From: Bythopirellula sp.
GTDB taxonomy: Bacteria; Planctomycetota; Planctomycetia; Pirellulales; Lacipirellulaceae
Assembly (NCBI GenBank): GCA_965216565.1
Contig: OZ244170.1
Span: 2,176,001-2,240,000 of the forward strand
Length of the DNA: 64,000 bases
Reading direction: 5' to 3'
Shown here: piece after piece, positions 19,050 to 28,561 of the stretch
Position numbering within the stretch: position 1 is the stretch's first letter
How the letters are laid out: the number at the start of each line of letters is the position of its first letter
Made by a program: the position numbers and the translations under genes
Notes under the pieces: generated by a model
Told to the model about the DNA's origin: nothing
Database searches by the model: none
What the model saw: only the letters and a program-made list of their open reading frames with translations

Positions 19050-19985
19050 ATGGGAACTTACTTGGTTACTGGCGGAGCGGGTTTCATTGGCTCCCACATT
19101 GCCTCGGCACTGGTTGAGCGAGGCGATACTGTCCGCGTATTGGATAACCTCAGCACTGGCACCGAAGCAAATCTTGCTCATCTGGGTGACAAAGTCGAAG
19201 TCGTGAAGGGCGACGTCCAAAACGCCAAGATTGCCGAGCAAGCCGTGGATGGCGTGGATGTGGTGTATCACCAGGCCGCACTGGCATCGGTTCCGCGTAG
19301 TGTGGCAAAGCCCATGGACACGAACGATGCCTGTGTGACCGGTACTGTCACAATGCTCGATGCAGCTCGCCGGGCAAAAGTTCGACGATTCGTCTACGCC
19401 GGTTCGAGCAGTGCCTATGGCGATCAGCCGTTTTCCTCGAAGCGTGAAAGTGACGTTCCGGCACCACTTTCTCCCTACGCCGCGGCCAAATTGGCAGGCG
19501 AATATTATTGTCGGGCATTTGCGGCAACCTATGGGCTGGAGACGGTCGCGATACGCTACTTCAATGTGTTCGGTCCCAGGCAAGATCCCAATAGCGAATA
19601 CTCCGCAGTCATTCCACTTTTCGTTACCGCCATGCTAGCGGGCAAACAGCCGACCGTATTTGGTGACGGTTACCAGTCGCGCGACTTTACCTACATCGAC
19701 AATGTCGTCGCGGGCAACCTGGCCGCCGCTGATGCTCCCCATGCCACAGGCCAAGTTTTCAACGTAGCCTGCGGGCATCAATTCACGTTGCTCGATTTGA
19801 TCGCTTCTATCAATCGAGTCCTGGGAACTGAAATCGAGCCGATTTTCGCCGAAGCACGGACCGGCGACGTTCGCGAGAGCTTGGCAGACATTACCGCAGC
19901 GCGGGAAGTCCTTGGCTATGAGCCAGTGATCGACTTCGACGAAGGTCTGCGTCGTTCGATTGAGTACTATCGCTCGCTATCATGA
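19050..19985 (+). CDS. NAD-dependent UDP-HexNAc(A) 4-epimerase (WbpP-like extended SDR)
   Basis: TGGAGFIG, SVPRS, YAAAK, RYFNVFGPRQDP, RDFTY; start taken at ATG 19050. Confidence 0.9.
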   Translation: MGTYLVTGGAGFIGSHIASALVERGDTVRVLDNLSTGTEANLAHLGDKVEVVKGDVQNAKIAEQAVDGVDVVYHQAALASVPRSVAKPMDTNDACVTGTVTMLDAARRAKVRRFVYAGSSSAYGDQPFSSKRESDVPAPLSPYAAAKLAGEYYCRAFAATYGLETVAIRYFNVFGPRQDPNSEYSAVIPLFVTAMLAGKQPTVFGDGYQSRDFTYIDNVVAGNLAAADAPHATGQVFNVACGHQFTLLDLIASINRVLGTEIEPIFAEARTGDVRESLADITAAREVLGYEPVIDFDEGLRRSIEYYRSLS

Positions 19986-20132
19986 GATTGCTCTCCACGT
20001 AGTGCTATCACTGAGAGTGCATTGCGAGGAGGTTAGCTGGCGTTGTCATGACTACACCAAGTTTGTAGCCTCTCGGCCGAACTCGTTTTCTACGATTCAA
20101 CTTCCCGTCGTTGAAAAGAAGGACCTAGCGCG

Positions 20133-21125
20133 ATGAATTTCGGCTTAATCGGCGCCGCTGGCTATATTGCACCTAAGCATTTCAAAGCCATTCACGATAC
20201 CGGCAATACGCTGGTCGCAGCGGTCGACCCCCACGATTGCGTGGGCCGGCTCGATAGTTTCTTCCCTCAGGCACGATTCTTTACCGAGATCGAACGCTTT
20301 GATCGCTATCTCGAAAAGTGCCGACGCGGCCCGGAGGAAGAGCGCGTCAATTACGTCAGCGTCTGCTCCCCCAATTATTTACATGATGCCCATGTCCGCT
20401 TGGCCCTGCGGGTCAAAGCTCATGCCATTTGCGAGAAGCCGTTGGTGATTTCGCCTTGGAATCTCGACGCGCTCGAAGAGCTCGAAGCAGAACATGGCAG
20501 CCGAATCTATACCGTGCTCCAATTGCGACTGCTGCCCTCTCTGTTAGAGCTACGTAAAAAGATGCTGGAACAGACGGCCCGTGAAAAAGCGGATATTTGT
20601 CTTACTTACATCACTCGACGTGGCCGCTGGTACGACACTTCTTGGAAAGGCAATCACGAGAAATCAGGCGGGGTGGCCCTCAATATTGGCATCCACTTTT
20701 TCGACCTGTTGCACTGGCTCTTCGGAGATGCCGAACAAAGTACGACGCACTTAAACACTCCGCGGAAAATGGCCGGCGTCTTGGAACTCGACCGTGCCCG
20801 GGTGCGGTGGTTCCTTTCGACCGATGCGGATGACTTGCCCGACCATGTCACAGAGCAGGGCGGTTATGCTTATCGGTCGATGACCTACGACGGCCAAGAA
20901 ATCGATTTCTCTTGTGGATTTACCGACTTGCACACGGCCGTGTACGAAAACATTTTTGCGGGCCAGGGAACTGGCATCTCAGATGCTCGACCTGCTATCG
21001 AGCTAGCGCACACAATTAATCGCAGCGAGACAGCGTCAAGCTTGCGTGACGCCCATCCGTTTGTTCACGATGTTTCCAGCGTCCGCTGGCCCCGCATCGA
21101 ACGAACTGCTAGCAAAGCTGCGTAA
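20133..21125 (+). CDS. wbpB: UDP-GlcNAcA 3-dehydrogenase (WbpB/WlbA, Gfo/Idh/MocA family)
   Basis: GAAGYIAPKH, SPNYLH, CEKPL, SGGVALNIGIHFFD, FTDLH. Confidence 0.88.
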   Translation: MNFGLIGAAGYIAPKHFKAIHDTGNTLVAAVDPHDCVGRLDSFFPQARFFTEIERFDRYLEKCRRGPEEERVNYVSVCSPNYLHDAHVRLALRVKAHAICEKPLVISPWNLDALEELEAEHGSRIYTVLQLRLLPSLLELRKKMLEQTAREKADICLTYITRRGRWYDTSWKGNHEKSGGVALNIGIHFFDLLHWLFGDAEQSTTHLNTPRKMAGVLELDRARVRWFLSTDADDLPDHVTEQGGYAYRSMTYDGQEIDFSCGFTDLHTAVYENIFAGQGTGISDARPAIELAHTINRSETASSLRDAHPFVHDVSSVRWPRIERTASKAA

Positions 21126-21210
21126 CACTCTTATTGCTACCGCGGTGGCAATTCTTATAGACTACGCCAGCAGTTTGATTTCACGATTCCCGTAAGTTTG
21201 CAGGTGCGCT

Positions 21211-21825
21211 ATGGATGGCGGCTCTGATTATTCTGTCCACGAATCTTCCTACGTCGACGATGGTGTCGTTATCGGCAAGGCAACCTGCATCTGGCACTTT
21301 TGCCACATCATGAGCGGTTCCACGCTCGGGGACAATTGCCGCGTCGGACAGAATGTTGTGATTGGCCCACGCGCACACCTCGGCAACAACGTCAAGATTC
21401 AAAACAATGTGTCCGTCTACGAAGGGGTAACGCTAGAGGACGACGTATTCTGTGGGCCTTCTATGGTTTTCACAAACATACTAACTCCACGATCCGCGTT
21501 CCCTCGAAACCGTAGTGAGGACAATCTGTCCACGCTTGTAAGGCGCGGCGCCAGTATTGGAGCGAATGCCACGATTGTTTGCGGTGTGACGATTGGCGAG
21601 CATGCCCTCATCGGTGCCGGAGCGGTAGTGACGAAGGACGTCGCTCCCTATGCCATTGTCTGTGGCAATCCGGCACGCCAACATGGTTGGGCCTGCGAGT
21701 GCGGGATCGTCCTTTCTTTTGCCGGCAACGAAGCCTGTTGTGCGGAGTGTTCCCGGAGCTATCGAGAAATCGAAAATGGCTATCAATTGCAACCGCTAAC
21801 GACTAGCAAGAAGTCTGTCGCCTAA
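21211..21825 (+). CDS. wbpD: Hexapeptide N-acetyltransferase (WbpD/WlbB-like)
   Basis: IWHFCHI, KIQNNVSVYEGV, GPSMVFTN..PRS, GNPAR, C-terminal CxC...CxxC. Confidence 0.88.
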   Translation: MDGGSDYSVHESSYVDDGVVIGKATCIWHFCHIMSGSTLGDNCRVGQNVVIGPRAHLGNNVKIQNNVSVYEGVTLEDDVFCGPSMVFTNILTPRSAFPRNRSEDNLSTLVRRGASIGANATIVCGVTIGEHALIGAGAVVTKDVAPYAIVCGNPARQHGWACECGIVLSFAGNEACCAECSRSYREIENGYQLQPLTTSKKSVA

Positions 21826-21839
21826 CCGAGAACTAAACC

Positions 21840-23036
21840 ATGATCCCGCTTTGCGATCTGCAATCGCAGTACCAAACTATTTGCCACGATGTCAGCACAG
21901 CCATTGAGCAAGTGTGCGCGAGTGGTGCTTACGTGCTGGGTCCGAATGTTAAACAATTTGAGTCCGAAGTCGCAGACTATCTGACAAGCGACCACACGAT
22001 TGGCGTTGGCAGCGGCACCGATGCCCTGCATCTCGTCTTGCGAGCCTTGGGAATTGGCCCCGGCGACGAAGTTATTACCACACCGTTCACGTTTGTTGCC
22101 ACGACCGAAGCGATTGGACTCGTTGGTGCATCGCCCAAGTTCGTCGATATCTCGCCCAACACATTCAACATCGATCCCCAGCACATCGAACAAGCAATCA
22201 CGAAGCGCACCAAGGCAATTCTACCGGTTCACCTCTACGGCCAGCCCTGCGAGATGGACGCGATTATGGACATCGCCAACCGGCACAACTTACCTGTGAT
22301 CGAAGACTGTGCACAGGCGATCGGGGCGGAGTATCGGGGACAGAAGGTTGGCACGTTTGGCGTAGCAGGTTGCTTCAGCTTTTTCCCTAGCAAAAATCTG
22401 GGCTGCTTCGGCGACGGGGGTCTTGTTGCCACCAACGACCCGGAACTCGGCAAACGCGTGGAGATGCTTCGCCGCCACGGTGGACGCGTGAAATACCACC
22501 ACTCGGAATTGGGACTTAATAGTCGACTGGATGAAATCCAAGCTGCCGTATTGCGGGTCAAACTCCCACTGCTCGATCGCTGGAACAGTCAACGCCGTGC
22601 GGTTGCCGCAGCTTACAACAAGAAATTGGCGGGGCTCAGCGAAGTCACTGTGCCCGAAGAATTACATGCCGAAGGTCTCCAACCAGCAATTGCAGAACAC
22701 GAGAACACATTGCTTTCGGCTGTTTATCATCAGTACACGATCGAGGTAGACGACCGAGACGCGATTGCCAGCGCTATGAAATTGCAGGATGTACAGACTT
22801 GCGTGTACTATCCCATACCGTTGCACTTGCAAGAGGTTCACAAAGATCTTGGCCATGCACGAGGCTCATTTCCAAATGCAGAACGAGCCGCGAAGCGCTG
22901 CCTAAGCTTGCCCATGTTTCCGGAACTTACCGACGAACAAATTGCCCACGTTGTCGACGCACTCCAGCAGGAAGCATCGACTCATCATGTCGAAAAGCCG
23001 GGCAAAGATTCCCACACTCATAGTTTAGTCGCCTAA
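21840..23036 (+). CDS. wbpE: DegT/DnrJ/EryC1/StrS aminotransferase (WbpE-like)
   Basis: [37 protein letters not shown]. Confidence 0.88.
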   Translation: MIPLCDLQSQYQTICHDVSTAIEQVCASGAYVLGPNVKQFESEVADYLTSDHTIGVGSGTDALHLVLRALGIGPGDEVITTPFTFVATTEAIGLVGASPKFVDISPNTFNIDPQHIEQAITKRTKAILPVHLYGQPCEMDAIMDIANRHNLPVIEDCAQAIGAEYRGQKVGTFGVAGCFSFFPSKNLGCFGDGGLVATNDPELGKRVEMLRRHGGRVKYHHSELGLNSRLDEIQAAVLRVKLPLLDRWNSQRRAVAAAYNKKLAGLSEVTVPEELHAEGLQPAIAEHENTLLSAVYHQYTIEVDDRDAIASAMKLQDVQTCVYYPIPLHLQEVHKDLGHARGSFPNAERAAKRCLSLPMFPELTDEQIAHVVDALQQEASTHHVEKPGKDSHTHSLVA

Positions 23037-23072
23037 ACAAGAACCCGAACAAGAATTCCCGAACAAGAATTC
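23036..23072. repeat. Short tandem repeat, about 3 x AACAAGAA(TT)CCCG
   Basis: Units at 23036-23047, 23048-23061 and 23062-23072. Confidence 0.7.
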
Positions 23073-23109
23073 ATCGTAGACTCAGCTCAAGAAAGGATTC
23101 TGTAGAGCT

Positions 23110-23364
23110 ATGGATAATCAAGCATTTGTCAAATCATTCGCCGAGATGCTACAAGAAGAGAACACCGAGGTGACCAGCGAAACTAAACTCGAAGCGTTGG
23201 AGAATTGGGACTCGCTCACCGTCCTGGAATTCCTCACCCTGGCTGACGAGCAATATGGCGTGGAACTCGAAATCGACGAACTCTCGGCATGCGACACGGT
23301 AGGGAAAATCGGCGCTTTGATTGAAAAGTCGAAACCCAACACCGTTCACGCCAAGGCAGGTTGA
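23110..23364 (+). CDS. Acyl carrier protein
   Basis: 84 aa, acidic, WDSL phosphopantetheine motif, TVG motif. Confidence 0.88.
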   Translation: MDNQAFVKSFAEMLQEENTEVTSETKLEALENWDSLTVLEFLTLADEQYGVELEIDELSACDTVGKIGALIEKSKPNTVHAKAG

Positions 23365-23374
23365 ACGATCGGCG

Positions 23375-24517
23375 ATGGAATTTCGGCCCTATCACCCGAC
23401 AGACAAATCTGCGGCGCTGGCACTTCGACAGCGACTCCAGGCCCACGATCCATCCTTGTCGTTTCCGATTCCCGAAAGCAACCACGCGACGCTGTGTACA
23501 GAGCCCTCCGAAGTTCAATCGATTGTTGCCACCGACGCCAACGGAATCCACGGTGGCTACAGCATGCGATGCGATCACTATCGTTGGCAGGGCGAGCCAG
23601 TGTTGCTCTACTACTTTGGCTACCCGATTTCTGAAGGGTTACTGAATAAGAAGTACGCCACACTCGGTCTGCAGTTGCAGCGCGATATCCAGAAACGGGC
23701 CCAGCTGGCCTATGGACTGGGCGGCGGGGGAATTCAATCTCGTGTGAATCAACTAAAAATTCGCGGCGGCTGGTCGGCTGAGGATGTGCCCTGCTTTTTC
23801 TACTGCAATCGCACCTCGCGCGTGTTGGAACAACTTCCCGCTTTGCAGCGGAGCAAGACTCGCAGCACTCTCGCCAGAATCTTGTCGAAGAGTGGCCTCG
23901 GTGCAGCCGGAGTGGCGGCCGCAAACGGTCTCCGCTCTCGGAAGTCCGAAAGTTACAACCAGAAAACCAGCTACCAAATCGTCTCGCAATTCCCAGAATG
24001 GGTCGATACCCTCGACGAACAATGCAGCACCGAATTCGATCTGATCGCTCGACGCGATCGCGTAGCGTTAGAGAATCGATTTCCCACAGAAGCGCCTTAC
24101 CTCCATCGAGGAATCGTTACCTCTCACTCGCGGCGCGTGGGCTGGTTTGTCGCGCTCGAAAAGATCCACAACAAAACTCAGCACTTTGGCGATCTCAAGG
24201 TTGGTCTCATCGCCGATTTCCTCGCACCGCCCGAGCACGTAAACAAAGTCATTTGGGCTGCAACCCAGCAGCTTCGTCAGGCGGACTGCGATTTAATTAT
24301 TTGCAATGCTAGCCATAGAAACGCCGTGGCTGCGCTCAACTCGACTGGATTCTTTCAGGGGCCGTCCAATTTCCCCATGCTTGTGAGCCCGCAATTGGGA
24401 ACACGCTTGGGCGCACTTTCCAACACCCTTGTTCGCTCTCACATTGTGCGTGCCGATGGCGATTCTGTTCAGGCGATGTTACCCGCGCAGCCAGTTTCTC
24501 TGGAGAGGGCGGCATGA
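23375..24517 (+). CDS. Putative GNAT-fold acyltransferase
   Basis: N-terminal EFRPY..D, weak GNAT-like pattern, position between ACP and fabH with ATGA overlap; family call is tentative. Confidence 0.5.
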   Translation: MEFRPYHPTDKSAALALRQRLQAHDPSLSFPIPESNHATLCTEPSEVQSIVATDANGIHGGYSMRCDHYRWQGEPVLLYYFGYPISEGLLNKKYATLGLQLQRDIQKRAQLAYGLGGGGIQSRVNQLKIRGGWSAEDVPCFFYCNRTSRVLEQLPALQRSKTRSTLARILSKSGLGAAGVAAANGLRSRKSESYNQKTSYQIVSQFPEWVDTLDEQCSTEFDLIARRDRVALENRFPTEAPYLHRGIVTSHSRRVGWFVALEKIHNKTQHFGDLKVGLIADFLAPPEHVNKVIWAATQQLRQADCDLIICNASHRNAVAALNSTGFFQGPSNFPMLVSPQLGTRLGALSNTLVRSHIVRADGDSVQAMLPAQPVSLERAA

Positions 24518-25554
24518 CAAACTACGCTTCAATTCTTGGCATCGACTACGTATTGCCTCCTGAAAAGGTGACCAACGAAGACTTAAGCCGCGAGTTTCCC
24601 GAGTGGTCGATGGAAAAGATATCCGCCAAGACAGGAATTAAGGAACGTCGCACCGTCTCCTCAGAATGTGCCTCCGACTTGGCCACCTCGGCCGCCGAGA
24701 AACTCTTCTGCGAACATCCCGAGTGGAAAGAGCAAACCGAGGCGATCATCTTCTGCACACAAACACCCGACTACTTCCTACCGGCCTCGGCGTGTTTGAT
24801 CCAACAGCGGCTCAAGCTGCCCCATTCCGTGGCAGCGGTCGATATCAATCAAGGCTGCTCAGGGTACATCTACAGTTTGGGGTTGGCTAAAGGGATGGTG
24901 GAGACTGGCCAAGCCCGGGGTGTGCTGCTGCTCAATGCCGACACCTACACCCGACTCATTCATCCCAATGACAAATCTGCCCGGACACTTTTTGGCGACG
25001 CAGGATGTGCCACGTTTGTTTCAACCGCGACAGAAGCAAGCCCATCAGAAAATGTGGGCCCGTTCTGTTACGGCACGGACGGGGCAGGGGCCGAGAATCT
25101 AATGGTTCCGGCCGGAGGTTTCCGTACCCCCAGCGATGCCTCGACCACCGTGGAAGTAACCGACGCTAATGGCAATTGTCGAACACAGCAAAATCTATCG
25201 ATGAACGGCGCGGAGGTCTTCGCCTTTGCTCTCAAGCGTGTGCCGCAGCTAGTGGCTCAAATACTCGATAAGGCCCAGTGCACTGAAGGCGACATCGACC
25301 ACTTTGTGTTCCATCAAGCGAATCAGTACATGCTGGAAACGCTCCGCAAAAAGTGCAAGATTCCAGCCGAGAAGTTTTCGGTTTGTCTGGAAAACACTGG
25401 CAATACGGTCTCAGCGTCGATTCCGCTCGCGCTATGCAATCTACAGCAGCGGGGGGAATTGAAACCCGGGGATCGCGTCATGCTCGTCGGCTTTGGAGTG
25501 GGCTACTCCTGGGGCGCGACCCTTGTGCGTTGGACCGGTCCAGAGGGCACTTGA
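24514..25554 (+). CDS. fabH: 3-oxoacyl-ACP synthase III family protein
   Basis: Catalytic Cys (QGCSG), His (HQAN), Asn (GNT); FGDA; GFGVG.SWG. Confidence 0.9.
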   Translation: MTNYASILGIDYVLPPEKVTNEDLSREFPEWSMEKISAKTGIKERRTVSSECASDLATSAAEKLFCEHPEWKEQTEAIIFCTQTPDYFLPASACLIQQRLKLPHSVAAVDINQGCSGYIYSLGLAKGMVETGQARGVLLLNADTYTRLIHPNDKSARTLFGDAGCATFVSTATEASPSENVGPFCYGTDGAGAENLMVPAGGFRTPSDASTTVEVTDANGNCRTQQNLSMNGAEVFAFALKRVPQLVAQILDKAQCTEGDIDHFVFHQANQYMLETLRKKCKIPAEKFSVCLENTGNTVSASIPLALCNLQQRGELKPGDRVMLVGFGVGYSWGATLVRWTGPEGT

Positions 25555-25630
25555 TTTAGCCACTTGATTTAAAGAGTCGAGTACTCGCCAACCCCGACTC
25601 ACCTTGAAATACTAACAACACCGCAACACG

Positions 25631-27013
25631 ATGATCACCCTCCTCACAACCGTAACTTGCCTTGGCACATTGCTCGCCCTCGCTGTGCAACTGTACCGTT
25701 GCGTCTTGAAGCGTTCTTGGCATGCGAAGCTGAGTCTGCCTGAGTTGACGGCCTATATTGGCAAGGAATCGCATCGCGTAGGCGACGTGGTACAGGTATG
25801 CGTGCATTCCACACAGAAGGCGCGGGCCACATTACTTCGGTTGGGCAAGACCCTGGAAGAAGTTGAGCGGTCTCAGGAAATCGAACCCCACGAGCAATCG
25901 CCGGTGTACGACCGTTGGCAGGGGCTACGTTGGCAGCCGAATTTGGAGATTGAAACGACAGACCTGTTGCCTGGGGCTTATTGTCTCGTCTTTCGGACTG
26001 TGGATGATCCTGACGTTACTTACCGTGTGCCTTTACTGCTGCGATCGGCTAAGTCGCGAGCAGTTGCTGTTGTGGCCTCGACGAATACCTGGCAAGCGTA
26101 CAACGATTTCGCTGGGCTTTCGAACTATGCAGACCACGTTTCGCCCTGGCCGCTGAGTTGGGCGAAAAGACTGATGGCCCTGCTGAATATCCAATTTCAG
26201 ATTGGCGATCGCCATCACTTCCCCAGTGTGCCGCTGCCGACAAACCGACCGAATGACGCCATTGACCTCGATCTGCGAGAACTGCAGTCGTGCCCCATCG
26301 AGAACTTCTCACACCTCTTGCGAGCTGAGTGGTCGCTCTTGAGATTCCTGGAAGAAAAAGACATCGAGTACAACCTTTACAGCGACCGCGACTTGGCACA
26401 GGCCCCAGAAATCACAGACGCCGATATTCTGATTTTCAATACACACAGCGAGTATTGGTCGGAAGAGATGATCGGGCGGCTCCAGGCCTACTTGTTTTCT
26501 GGTGGCCAGGCCCTATTCGTTTCAGGGAACAATCAATACCGCAAAGTCGATCTGCTGGAAGACTCCCTCGTGGTTTATGACTTCAAGACCGACGCCAAGG
26601 AAACATCGGAGCTACTTGGATCTGCCTACGACGCGCGTGGTTATCAAACTTACGGTGGATTCCGGATAGCGGCTGCCGAACATTGGTTGTTCGACAGCCT
26701 AGACGTCGCGACGGGGGATCTGTTCGCTCACGCCGTTGGCCACACCGGCCGACCACTGGGGGCCAGTGGCTATGAAACAGACAAACTCACAGCACACAGC
26801 GGGGCCGTCACGGTATTGGCCATTGGTGACAATCGAGAAGGACCTGCTTACATGGTGTACAAGCAAGTCGGTGACGGTGCGGTGCTAAATACGGGATCCG
26901 TGGCCAGCGCCCCTTGGGTGGAGAAAGATCCTGTCCTAGGCGGGCTTGTGACTCGGTTTATCAACAACGCCGTATCTCAAGCGGAACTGAAACAGGAGCG
27001 GGATGCCGCGTGA
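25631..27013 (+). CDS. N,N-dimethylformamidase beta-subunit family protein with N-terminal membrane anchor
   Basis: TWQAYN, HSEYWS.EM, SGN, GASGYETD motifs. Confidence 0.75.
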   Translation: MITLLTTVTCLGTLLALAVQLYRCVLKRSWHAKLSLPELTAYIGKESHRVGDVVQVCVHSTQKARATLLRLGKTLEEVERSQEIEPHEQSPVYDRWQGLRWQPNLEIETTDLLPGAYCLVFRTVDDPDVTYRVPLLLRSAKSRAVAVVASTNTWQAYNDFAGLSNYADHVSPWPLSWAKRLMALLNIQFQIGDRHHFPSVPLPTNRPNDAIDLDLRELQSCPIENFSHLLRAEWSLLRFLEEKDIEYNLYSDRDLAQAPEITDADILIFNTHSEYWSEEMIGRLQAYLFSGGQALFVSGNNQYRKVDLLEDSLVVYDFKTDAKETSELLGSAYDARGYQTYGGFRIAAAEHWLFDSLDVATGDLFAHAVGHTGRPLGASGYETDKLTAHSGAVTVLAIGDNREGPAYMVYKQVGDGAVLNTGSVASAPWVEKDPVLGGLVTRFINNAVSQAELKQERDAA

Positions 27014-27095
27014 GAGATTGGTACACGGGAGCCTGAGCGATCAGAACTCTCTGAGAACTCAAGTAATACACAGATAACGAGAAAAGGAATTCGCG

Positions 27096-28544
27096 TTGCT
27101 GGAATCTATCCATATCCTTGTCTTTGCAGTGTGCGCATGCCAATGCTTGCTAGCGATGAAATCGATGCACACGCGGTTCCTCAAATTCCTGCTATTTGCC
27201 GGCATCGGACTGATCCACGGCATCGTGCCTGCGATCGCACCTTACTCTTCCGTCAACGCGACGGACGAAATGCGAATCCAAGCCGCCTGGTTCGCTTTGG
27301 TGGGTACGTTGGCCTTGTCTTTGGGCTGGGCATTGGCGGAACGATTCATGCACCGGAAGAATCAAACTTTGCCGACGGCGGCTCAGATACTTCGCCAACC
27401 TCGTCTACGACGTCGGCTCGAGTATCTGTTCTTTTCTGCCGCTCTAATTGGTGCTTTCGCGTGGCCTGCTTATATCTATGCATTGGGAAGTACCTTTGGC
27501 GAATATGCCGAGGAAAGCCGCTTTGCATTTCGCGGCAGCGGCAATGCAATCCTCACTTGGGTACTTTCCGGATTAATGAACTTGGCGTTCCTGCCAGGGT
27601 TCTTGGGCTTCTTCCTGTCTCCTAGGCATCGACTGTTGGGCGTGGGCTACGCCATTGCCTACGCGGCAATGTTTTATCTGGTTTCCAGCGGTACGCGCGG
27701 CTTTCCGATCGGACTGTTGGGGGCCGTGCTGAGTGGCTACGTTCTGCACCGACCCCAATCGTTCTCGCGCCTGTTTTGGACCGGTTGCAGCGTCGGTGCG
27801 ATGGTCTTCTTGATGGTCGGCTTGCTCCCGCTACGTTGGCAAATGGCCAATCTTACGCTCCCAGAGATGGGCGAATTGTTACTGTCGGCAGAGACTTACG
27901 AAGATATGCTCGTTCGCGATCCGTTGAACTACCATGAATACCTTGTGGAGGTGATGAGCTACTTCCCGGAACATCACGACTTTGTGGATGCGGCTTCTTA
28001 CCGGAGGATCCTGTTCTTCTATTTGCCACACTCTCAGTTCCCCGATCTCAAGCCAAAGGACCCCAACCGCATCGTCGCCCAACTGCTGTTCGATACCGAC
28101 TTAGATATGGATTGGATGCATCCGCCCTCTATCTTTGGCGACGCGTTTATTAATTTCGAAGGTTGGTACGGAATTGGGCATTTGATCTTGGTCGGACTGT
28201 TGCTGGCGTGGCTATCGCGGACTGTTCATTTCCATTTACTTTGGCTAATGGTGCTAGCACCAAACCTCGTGTACTTCACATTTATCGGCATCCGAGGCCA
28301 ACCGTATACGCTGGCTATTAACTCGCTAACCATGACGGTTTACGTGGGACTGGTGATGGTCAAGCTCGGTCTCCCTCTCCGTGGCATTGAACGTATCGCG
28401 ACCAAGCGGCAGTTGGTACCATCTGTGCCGTCCCGCAGGCAGACAACTCAGCGGCAAATAAGAGGGCGACAGATAAAACGACTGCCCCCGCGCCATAGAT
28501 TGGCAACGCCAAATCGCGTGAACCGCAGGACAAACAGGCCCTAA
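27096..28544 (+). CDS. Putative polysaccharide polymerase (Wzy-like)
   Basis: About 10 hydrophobic helices, SGTRG, large periplasmic loop, PPSIFGDAFINF motif, cluster context. Confidence 0.65.
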   Translation: MLESIHILVFAVCACQCLLAMKSMHTRFLKFLLFAGIGLIHGIVPAIAPYSSVNATDEMRIQAAWFALVGTLALSLGWALAERFMHRKNQTLPTAAQILRQPRLRRRLEYLFFSAALIGAFAWPAYIYALGSTFGEYAEESRFAFRGSGNAILTWVLSGLMNLAFLPGFLGFFLSPRHRLLGVGYAIAYAAMFYLVSSGTRGFPIGLLGAVLSGYVLHRPQSFSRLFWTGCSVGAMVFLMVGLLPLRWQMANLTLPEMGELLLSAETYEDMLVRDPLNYHEYLVEVMSYFPEHHDFVDAASYRRILFFYLPHSQFPDLKPKDPNRIVAQLLFDTDLDMDWMHPPSIFGDAFINFEGWYGIGHLILVGLLLAWLSRTVHFHLLWLMVLAPNLVYFTFIGIRGQPYTLAINSLTMTVYVGLVMVKLGLPLRGIERIATKRQLVPSVPSRRQTTQRQIRGRQIKRLPPRHRLATPNRVNRRTNRP

Positions 28545-28561
28545 AGTCATGGAAGACAGGC

